Positions 57,062 to 64,000 of a DNA stretch of 64,000 nucleotides are shown here, piece after piece. Made by a program: the position numbers and the translations under genes. How positions within the stretch are numbered: position 1 is the first letter of the stretch; the number at the start of each line of letters is the position of its first letter. Source of the DNA: an uncultured Candidatus Saccharibacteria bacterium (GTDB lineage Bacteria; Patescibacteriota; Dojkabacteria; SC72); NCBI GenBank assembly GCA_964480345.1, contig CAYZNW010000001.1, forward strand, positions 149,359 to 213,358. Direction: 5' to 3'. Below the pieces are notes generated by a model. The model was not told where the DNA came from, made no database searches, and worked only from the letters and a program-made list of their open reading frames with translations.

Positions 57062-57859
57062 ATGTCTATTACAAAGTTAAAGTTTAAAAATGAAATTCTG
57101 TATACAGCTTTCTTGCTTCTTGTAACAGTAATGTTCAATTACTTTGTATTACGAACATCATTTAAATACCTTTTAATATTAGGTGTATTAGCTCTTCTCA
57201 TCTTAGAATTTTGGTTCATACAGACATTCATTCTTTATTCTAAAAAGAAAATATCAAAATACAGTGATGTAGTAATGAAAATTTCACTCAAAAGAAGATT
57301 CTTTCAATACTTTATACTACCTGCAGTATTCTATATCTCGCTTCTGCTCTTTTTGTATTTTAATAGAAACATTGTCTTAGGCTATCTTGTATCATCTGTT
57401 TGTTTAGGATTTATCCTCTTGCTATTTCTAAATGTTAAAAGTTCTTTAAACAAATATTACTCTATTGCTTTAGCTACAAGAACTATCTTTGATTTCATAT
57501 GTATTACTACTCTTTATCTTCTATTAAACTCATATTTGCGTATAGGCTTCTCTATGTGGGAATTCATAGGTCTTAGCTTCGTATCATCTTTTGTTCTTCT
57601 GATATCTATCTTGAAGATACATGATAGGTTTGGAGGTTTTGAGTTTCTGATTGCTTTTTGTAGTTCAGTTATCGTTGCTTTGTCTATGCTGTTAGTTTGG
57701 AACAACAATATTTTAGTGATACCATCAGTAGGTGCTTTAGCTTTCTATCTAATAACTTCATTTTGGAATTTGAGATTTGCTGGTAAAACTAAACTATCAG
57801 ATTATCTTTATCCTGTTGTATATGTTGGTTTAGCACTAGCTTTAATTTTGACTGTTTAG
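57062..57859 (+). CDS. polytopic integral membrane protein, hypothetical
   Basis: 265 aa, ~7 predicted TM helices, no recognisable motif. Confidence 0.6.
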   Translation: MSITKLKFKNEILYTAFLLLVTVMFNYFVLRTSFKYLLILGVLALLILEFWFIQTFILYSKKKISKYSDVVMKISLKRRFFQYFILPAVFYISLLLFLYFNRNIVLGYLVSSVCLGFILLLFLNVKSSLNKYYSIALATRTIFDFICITTLYLLLNSYLRIGFSMWEFIGLSFVSSFVLLISILKIHDRFGGFEFLIAFCSSVIVALSMLLVWNNNILVIPSVGALAFYLITSFWNLRFAGKTKLSDYLYPVVYVGLALALILTV

Positions 57860-57861
57860 TA

Positions 57862-58569
57862 ATGGTAGAGAAACAAATTATTCTAAAAATAGGGGGATCA
57901 GTGTTGTATGATAGGAGTTTGAATATTAATTTTGCTTTATTGGAGAAAGTTAAGCAGTGGTATTACCGAACAAAAGATGAGTATACTAGGAGAGTTATTG
58001 TTGTAGGTGGTGGATATCTTTCAAGGGATTTACAAAGTCGAGTATCTTCTGGAATTAGTAATCAAGATGATTTACACAGTATTGCTATGTCTATTACTCA
58101 AACAAGCGCAGAGCTTGTAAAAGCATATATTGCTGATGAGAGTATATATGTTCCTAAAAAACTTGGAGATGCATATGAGTATGTAATGGTTAATGAAAGA
58201 TTTTCTGTTGTAAGTGGTGGTTTAAGAACAGGATGGAGTACTGATATGGATTCTGCTGTGTTTGCTGATATTATTTCTGCCGACAGAGTTTTGAAGATTT
58301 CAAATATTGATTATCTGTATGATGAAGATCCTGTTAAGAACAGTAATGCAAGAATAATTAAAGATATTTCTTGGAACGATTATTTTACTCTATTTGGTAT
58401 ATCGGAGGATGATATTCATGAAGCAAATACAAATATACCTGTAGATAAAGAGTGTTCTAGATTCTGTGCAACAAAAAATCTGTCCTTCTTCATATGTGGT
58501 GGAAAAAATATTGTAGAGAAAGATAGCTTAGAAGATATACTCTCAGATGGAACACTAATTCATCCTTAA
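57862..58569 (+). CDS. pyrH: amino-acid-kinase-family protein, UMP kinase (archaeal-type PyrH-like)
   Basis: 235 aa; ILKIGGSVL, VVGGG, GWSTDMDSAVFADIISADRVLKISNIDYLYDEDP match uridylate kinase motifs. Confidence 0.55.
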   Translation: MVEKQIILKIGGSVLYDRSLNINFALLEKVKQWYYRTKDEYTRRVIVVGGGYLSRDLQSRVSSGISNQDDLHSIAMSITQTSAELVKAYIADESIYVPKKLGDAYEYVMVNERFSVVSGGLRTGWSTDMDSAVFADIISADRVLKISNIDYLYDEDPVKNSNARIIKDISWNDYFTLFGISEDDIHEANTNIPVDKECSRFCATKNLSFFICGGKNIVEKDSLEDILSDGTLIHP

Positions 58570-58570
58570 G

Positions 58571-59032
58571 TTACTCAATTCCCTCTATTTTGTATTTCTT
58601 TATTCCTGCAGGTGTTTCTATTTTGACCTCTTCTCCAGTTTTCTTATGCATAACAGACTTACCTATTGGTGAGAGGTGAGAGACTTTGCCTTCTAAAGGG
58701 TTTGATTCCTCTTCACTTACAATCTCATACTTCAATTTCTTTTCTCCTTTGAGTATGACTGTATCACCAATTCCTACTTTGTTCTTATTCTTATCTTTTA
58801 CTACCTTTGCATTCTTTATCTTCTCTTTTAATTCTAAGATTCTTTCTTCGTTGATGTTTTGCTCCTCTATAGCCATAGAGTAGCCATCATTTTCTCTTAG
58901 ATCGCCTTGGCTTCTCATTTCATTTAAAACATTTGCGATCTTGACTCTAAGATTTTTTTCTCTATCTTTGAGTTCTTTTACTAATTTTTCCAAACCAGAT
59001 TTCGTGGTTTGGTATACATTGTTCTCATCCAT
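58571..59032 (-). CDS. greA: transcription elongation factor GreA
   Basis: N-terminal coiled coil and C-terminal FKBP-like domain (GIGDTVIL...EGKVSHLSPIGKSVMHKKTGEEVKIETPAG); start at internal ATG (MDENNVYQ); ORF extends to 59092. Confidence 0.85.
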   Translation of the reverse strand: MDENNVYQTTKSGLEKLVKELKDREKNLRVKIANVLNEMRSQGDLRENDGYSMAIEEQNINEERILELKEKIKNAKVVKDKNKNKVGIGDTVILKGEKKLKYEIVSEEESNPLEGKVSHLSPIGKSVMHKKTGEEVKIETPAGIKKYKIEGIE

Positions 59033-59160
59033 TTTTGCCAAACCTATAAATTTAAATCGACAGATATTATATCCTGAGGGGTAGGAAGTCAAATAAATAC
59101 GGTCCTGTAGTAACTATACTCAAATAGTGGTTAATATGTTAAAATCTGTCTCGAATATAT

Positions 59161-59235
59161 GCCGCTATCGTCTAACGGTTAGGACACAGGATTCTCAATC
59201 CTGCAATCGGGGTTCGATTCCCCGTAGCGGTACCA
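59161..59235 (+). tRNA. tRNA-Glu (anticodon CUC), CCA encoded
   Basis: manual cloverleaf: acceptor GCCGCTA/TAGCGGT, D-arm TCGTCTAACGGTTAGGACA, anticodon stem CAGGA/TCCTG with loop TTCTCAA, T-arm CGGGG-TTCGATT-CCCCG, 3' ACCA. Confidence 0.8.
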
Positions 59236-59244
59236 ATGTTAAAA

Positions 59245-59514
59245 ATGAACGACAAAGTATACAGATTCACAGCAGTAATAAAGAAGGTACCTGATATGGA
59301 TGCTGCATATATTGAATTCCCATATGATGTAATGAAAGAGTTTGGGAATGGTCGAGTGAAGGTATTAGCTACATTTGATGGTGAGCTGTATCAGGGTAGT
59401 TTAGTAAGAATGGGGACGGAGTGTCATATTATTGGAATTAGGAAGGATATTAGGAAGAGAATCTCAAAACAGGCGGGAGACAGTGTAACTGTGACTATTA
59501 AGGAGAGGAAATAG
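59245..59514 (+). CDS. DUF1905-family small protein
   Basis: ~89 aa; [35 protein letters not shown]...GDSVTVTI matches DUF1905 pattern; track ORF begins at 59236 abutting the tRNA CCA end. Confidence 0.6.
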   Translation: MNDKVYRFTAVIKKVPDMDAAYIEFPYDVMKEFGNGRVKVLATFDGELYQGSLVRMGTECHIIGIRKDIRKRISKQAGDSVTVTIKERK

Positions 59515-59578
59515 TCTCTTTTATTGACCTATTAGTGGTATACTAAACATATTCTATAAATAGTAATTCATAAATATA

Positions 59579-60229
59579 ATGATCAGATTCGATATCATCA
59601 CAATATTTCCCAAAGTAGTAGAAGAGTACATAAATGTTGGAATAATTAACAATGCTAGAAAAAACAATCTAGTTGAAATTAATATACACGACCTCCGAAA
59701 ATGGACAACAGATAAACATAAAACTGTAGATGACACCCCATACGGAGGAGGCCCAGGAATGATAATGAAAATAGAACCAATATTCAAAGCAATCGAAGAA
59801 TTAAAAGAAGAAAATAGCATAGTAGCAATAACTACTCCAAAAGGAGAGAAATTAGTACAAGATAAACTGAAAGAATTCTCACTAGAAGAAAACTTACACA
59901 TGATAATTCTATGTGGTAGATATGAAGGATTTGATCAAAGAATACATGACTATCTTGTAGATTATGAATTCTCAATAGGAGATTATGTACTCTCAGGAGG
60001 AGAAATACCAGCATTAGCTCTTGTTGATGGTATTACTAGATTAATTCCAGGTGTATTAGGTAATGATTTATCTTTAGAAGAAGAGACATTTGAAAATGGT
60101 ACTTTAGAGTATCCTCAGTATACAAAACCAGAAGAATTCAATGGATGGAAAGTTCCTAATATACTTCTATCTGGAAATCATGGAGAAATAAAAAAGTATA
60201 GAGATGGAGGCAAAAAAGAAATATCTTAA
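59579..60229 (+). CDS. trmD: tRNA (guanine37-N1)-methyltransferase
   Basis: 216 aa; MIRFDIITIFP...YGGGPGMIMK SPOUT-knot motifs. Confidence 0.9.
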   Translation: MIRFDIITIFPKVVEEYINVGIINNARKNNLVEINIHDLRKWTTDKHKTVDDTPYGGGPGMIMKIEPIFKAIEELKEENSIVAITTPKGEKLVQDKLKEFSLEENLHMIILCGRYEGFDQRIHDYLVDYEFSIGDYVLSGGEIPALALVDGITRLIPGVLGNDLSLEEETFENGTLEYPQYTKPEEFNGWKVPNILLSGNHGEIKKYRDGGKKEIS

Positions 60230-61518
60230 CTTAGTATCTCATCCAAATCTTCTATCTTAACTCTTTTTTGTTCCATCGTATCTCTATCTCTGACTGTAAC
60301 AGTATCATTTTCTAAACTCTCATAATCAACAGTAATACAGAAAGGAGTACCAATCTCATCCTGGTATCTATACCTCTTACCAATATTTCCTCTACCATCC
60401 CAAACAACGCTATATCTATCTGCTAACCTAGCAAAAATATCTCTCCCTTTCTTAACTATATCCTCTTTGTTTCCTACTAATGGGAATATAGCGGCTCTAT
60501 ATGCAGCTATATCCTTATGTATCTTCAAAACAGTTCTACTATTACCATTCCCAAGATCCTCCTCCTCATATGCATCAAAAAGCATCATCAAAAATGTTCT
60601 ATCAACACCACCAGAAGTTTCAACAATCCATGGAATATATTTCTCTCCTGTAATTGGATCAGTATACGAAAGATCTTGACCAGAAAATTTACTATGTTGA
60701 GTCAAATCGTAATCACTTCTCCAATGAATACCTTCATTCTCAGCCCAACCCCAAGGAGCTAAATACTCAATATCGTAAGCATCATTGGCATAGAAAACCA
60801 AATGCTCCTTATCATGCTGTTTAAATCTTAAATTCTCATGCTTTCTATACAAACTCTTGAAGAAATTCATTCTTTCCTCCTTCCAGTATTCAAACCATTT
60901 ACTCATCTCATCTGGATGTACGAAGAATTGCATATCCCACTGCTCAAATTCTCTAGATCTAAAAGTTAATTTCCCTGGAGTAATTTCATTTCTAAAAGCT
61001 TTACCGATTTGAGCTATACCGAAAGGTATCTGCATTCTAGTGCTGTCGACCACATTTTTAAAATCAAGGTAAATTGTTTGGCAAGCTTCTCCTCTAAGAT
61101 ACGACTTCATTTTCGCACCTTCTAGTACACCAACCTCTGTTTCAAAAAGAAGATTGTATTTTCTAGGTTCTGTAAAATCATTGCTGCCACATGTAGGACA
61201 TTTACCCTCTATATCTTCAGGTCTAAATCTCTGATGGCATTTCTTACACTCTATTACCTCATCTCCAAAATTTTGTATATGACCTGATGCTTCCCATACT
61301 TTAGGATGTGTGATTATTGTTCCATCAATACCTACAACATTCTCCCGTCTTGTTACCATGTTTCTCCACCAATACTGTTTGAGATTGTTTTTCATCTCTA
61401 CACCAACTGGGCCATAATCATAGAAACCTGCTATACCTCCATATATTTCAGAGTTTGGATAAATGATGCCTCTTCTTTTACATAATGCGACTACTGAGTC
61501 TAATTGTGCGTTCAACAT
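60226..61518 (-). CDS. glyQS: glycine--tRNA ligase (dimeric class II GlyQS type)
   Basis: VVALCKRRGIIYPNSEIYGGIAGFYDYGPVGVEMKNNLKQYWW N-terminal signature; start among three in-frame ATGs (ORF to 61563). Confidence 0.85.
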   Translation of the reverse strand: MLNAQLDSVVALCKRRGIIYPNSEIYGGIAGFYDYGPVGVEMKNNLKQYWWRNMVTRRENVVGIDGTIITHPKVWEASGHIQNFGDEVIECKKCHQRFRPEDIEGKCPTCGSNDFTEPRKYNLLFETEVGVLEGAKMKSYLRGEACQTIYLDFKNVVDSTRMQIPFGIAQIGKAFRNEITPGKLTFRSREFEQWDMQFFVHPDEMSKWFEYWKEERMNFFKSLYRKHENLRFKQHDKEHLVFYANDAYDIEYLAPWGWAENEGIHWRSDYDLTQHSKFSGQDLSYTDPITGEKYIPWIVETSGGVDRTFLMMLFDAYEEEDLGNGNSRTVLKIHKDIAAYRAAIFPLVGNKEDIVKKGRDIFARLADRYSVVWDGRGNIGKRYRYQDEIGTPFCITVDYESLENDTVTVRDRDTMEQKRVKIEDLDEILS

Positions 61519-61796
61519 AATCAGATTATATCTCATGAAAAGAAGTTTGGATAGCTTTGTCATATATATTTAAGATTCTATGGGGTAGTTCTGTTATATA
61601 AATACATATTTAGTATTCTTTTTTGATTTTACACAGGTAATTTAAAAAGATATGACATGTGGATAAGTAAAATTAATAGGAATAACAATATCTATACTTT
61701 AATTTTATCCTATATTATCTTAATAAATTATTAAAAAAGTACAGCTAAACCCCCTGCAGACTACCAATTTATCTAACTTAAAGGTATACTCCATAT

Positions 61797-63326
61797 ATGG
61801 AAAATTTAAAAAGCAATTTAGTTGGGCAGAGAGGGATTAGATTGGAAAAATTAAAGAGGATTCAATCTTTAGGAATCAATCCTTTTCCTGCAAGGTCAAA
61901 TAAGCAGTATGATAACGGAGAGATAGTTGAGAACTTTGAGAAGTATGATGGCAAGAATGCTATTTTAGCTGGCCGAATTACTGCTTGGAGGGAGCACGGA
62001 AAGTTAATATTTGTCGTTATTAAAGATCAATCAGGTGAGATTCAGGTGATGATAAGGAAGGATTCTCTTGTAGATGATGTTGGAAAGGGCTTTATTGGCT
62101 GGGACAATTTGGAATTGTTGGACGTTTCTGATTTTATCGAAGTAGAGGGAGTTATTGGTAAGACTAAAACTGGACAGATCTCGATAATGGCAGATAAGGT
62201 TAGACTTCTAGCTAAAGCTCTGCGTCCTCTTCCAACAAAGCTAAAGGATAAGGAGCAGAAGTTTAGACGAAGATATCTTGATTTGAATATAGATTCTGAG
62301 AGGATGGAGATGTTTAGAAGGAAGGCTTCTTTCTGGCAGGTACAGAGAGATTTTTTGAATAGTCGTGGTTTTATGGAGGTTGAAGTTCCTATATTGGAGT
62401 TGGTAACTGGTGGTGCTGATGCAGCTCCTTTTGTAACTCATCATAATGCTTTGCACCAGGATTTGTATCTTCGAATTTCTACAGAGTTGTTTCAGAAGAG
62501 GTTGATTGGTGGAGGTTATGAGAAGATTTATACTCTTGGTCCTAATTTTAGAAATGAGGGGATGGATGATGAGCACTTGCAGGAGTACTATCAGTTGGAG
62601 TGGTATTGGGCTTATGCTGATTTTAAAGATAATATGAGTTTGGTTAAGGAGATGTTTGTTGAAATAGCAAATAAGGTGTATGGGAGGAGTAAGTTTACAA
62701 CTAGGGGTCATACTTTTGATTTAGCTGATAATTGGGAAGAGATAGATTATGCAGAAATTTTGAAGGAAAGGTTTGGTGTAGATATATTCAATGATTCAGA
62801 AGATAGATTGCTTGAGGTTATTGAAGAGAATAAATTGGAAATGGGTGGTAAGGTAAATAGAAATAGGATGATAGATACTTTATGGAAGGCTGTTAGAGCA
62901 ACTATTTCTGGTCCTGCTTTTCTTGTTAATCAACCTACTTTTCTTTCTCCATTGGCAAAGGTTCATGAGGATAGACCAGAGGTTACTGAAAGGTTCCAGG
63001 TTATCATTGCAGGTAGTGAGCTAGGTAATGGGTATTCTGAGATTAATGATCCTATAAATCAGTTAGATAGATTCTTGGAACAGCAGGAATTGAGAGATAG
63101 TGGGGACTCTGAGGCACATATGTTGGATATTGATTTTGTTGAGATGCTTGAGTATGGTATGCCTCCTACTAGTGGATACGGTCAGAGTGAAAGGATTTTC
63201 TGGTTTTTTGAAGATGTTACCGGAAGGGAAGGGACTTTCTTTCCTCAGATGAAGCCTGAGATAGAGAATAGTACAAAGGAGATATATATGGATAAAATAA
63301 ACTTTGATTCTAAAAAGAAAAAGTAA
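61797..63326 (+). CDS. lysS: lysine--tRNA ligase (class II)
   Basis: 509 aa; N-terminal OB anticodon-binding domain and class II motifs (FRNEGMD, GGGYEK..). Confidence 0.9.
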   Translation: MENLKSNLVGQRGIRLEKLKRIQSLGINPFPARSNKQYDNGEIVENFEKYDGKNAILAGRITAWREHGKLIFVVIKDQSGEIQVMIRKDSLVDDVGKGFIGWDNLELLDVSDFIEVEGVIGKTKTGQISIMADKVRLLAKALRPLPTKLKDKEQKFRRRYLDLNIDSERMEMFRRKASFWQVQRDFLNSRGFMEVEVPILELVTGGADAAPFVTHHNALHQDLYLRISTELFQKRLIGGGYEKIYTLGPNFRNEGMDDEHLQEYYQLEWYWAYADFKDNMSLVKEMFVEIANKVYGRSKFTTRGHTFDLADNWEEIDYAEILKERFGVDIFNDSEDRLLEVIEENKLEMGGKVNRNRMIDTLWKAVRATISGPAFLVNQPTFLSPLAKVHEDRPEVTERFQVIIAGSELGNGYSEINDPINQLDRFLEQQELRDSGDSEAHMLDIDFVEMLEYGMPPTSGYGQSERIFWFFEDVTGREGTFFPQMKPEIENSTKEIYMDKINFDSKKKK

Positions 63327-63360
63327 TCAAAGTATATTTACACAATGGTATACTTGTAGT

Positions 63361-63726
63361 ATGGATAGTATTAAAGATATTCTTTCTGAAATAAAAAAAA
63401 CTCCCCAACCTACGAAGAGTGTAGAAGGTCAGACTCAGCTTTTTGATGTTAATGAGTTAGAAACTAATCCAAAGAGGGTGTTTGGTGATAAGCATAAGTA
63501 TATTTCAAAAGAGTATCAATTGTATGGGTTGAGAATAGCTGGGAAGCTTGATGATAGAAAGAGAGCTACTATGTATATTAAATGGGCAAAGGAGAAGCCT
63601 CGAGCAGTTCTTGAGCAAGCTATGAGTTTTACTTCTGATTATCCAAATGCCAAGGATAAATCTCGAATATTTATGTGGAAAGTCAAGGAGCTAGAGAAAG
63701 AGTATAAGTTGAAGAAAAAGGTATAA
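63361..63726 (+). CDS. hypothetical basic protein
   Basis: ~121 aa from internal ATG (MDSIKDIL); the track ORF (63304) overlaps the lysS 3' end. Confidence 0.4.
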   Translation: MDSIKDILSEIKKTPQPTKSVEGQTQLFDVNELETNPKRVFGDKHKYISKEYQLYGLRIAGKLDDRKRATMYIKWAKEKPRAVLEQAMSFTSDYPNAKDKSRIFMWKVKELEKEYKLKKKV

Positions 63727-63764
63727 ATTGAATTTGTTAAATATTCTTAAAAAAGAGATAGGTA

Positions 63765-64000
63765 TGTGTTTCTCAAAAGAGTTTGTATACAAGAATCAAC
63801 TATTTGGATGGATTGTTGCAGATATTATTAAGATTACAACTCTTTGTTTTGTTTGGAGTGCTGTATCAACGAGTAGTGAGAGTATTTCAACTGGTTATGT
63901 TGTTACTTATTACTTACTTCTTATGCTAGTTAGTAAATTGACTTCTGATTATACGATTGAGAGTGGTGTTAGAGATATGGTGAGTGGAAGATTCTCTAAC
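63765..64000 (+). CDS. partial (5' end only) hydrophobic hypothetical protein, runs off window
   Basis: open frame from ATG 63765 to window end (MCFSKEFVYKNQLFGWIVADIIKITTLCFVW...). Confidence 0.3.

Noticed and set aside
62241-62711. 156-aa minus-strand ORF inside lysS
   Set aside because: Antisense to a clearly conserved aminoacyl-tRNA synthetase.

Overview
AT-rich (about one-third GC by eye), gene-dense bacterial window using the standard code (translation table 11). TGA acts as a stop in ATGA start/stop overlaps, for example at 11090-11093. Several traits point to a CPR/Patescibacteria-like genome: no L30 between S5 and L15, no L29 between L16 and S17, K/E-rich tails on S5 and L17, a compact ~300 nt RNase P RNA, and many large Gram-positive-style surface proteins. 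The window has three parts. (i) 19-27231: housekeeping genes (pnp, two rRNA methyltransferases, a UvrD-family helicase) around a cell-envelope island: an L,D-transpeptidase, an eight-gene operon of membrane and surface proteins (5182-18717), a 1716-aa tandem Ig-like-repeat adhesin, and an Rpf-like transglycosylase. The operon includes purple-acid-phosphatase-N-type FN3 surface proteins (one with an LPXTG-like IPKTG sorting signal), a VirB6/TrbL-like polytopic protein, an HExxH/Cys-rich membrane protein and an amidase-like/SH3b protein. (ii) 28805-47830: a contiguous fusA-tuf-S10-spc-alpha-L13/S9 ribosomal superoperon. An IS200/RAYT-family transposase element is inserted between secY and adk. 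rpsL and rpsG are missing upstream of fusA. (iii) 47913-64000: RNase P RNA, fmt, queA, tgt, RNase Y, HU, a CAP/SCP-domain surface protein, an archaeal-type UMP kinase, greA, tRNA-Glu(CUC), trmD, glyQS and lysS. Most striking finding: both translational GTPases have lost the guanine-specificity aspartate of the G4 NKxD motif (EF-G NKIN, EF-Tu NTFG) and have gained an Asp in the G5 region. Other notable points are the uncharacterised envelope operon, a Cys4 zinc-ribbon in uL24, and a dispersed REP/MITE-like motif family (TTTAAGATTCTAT) associated with the RAYT-like transposase. Hand-derived coordinates (RNA genes, hairpins, promoters) are approximate to within a few nucleotides. CDS coordinates follow the ORF track, with start codons adjusted where homology indicated.
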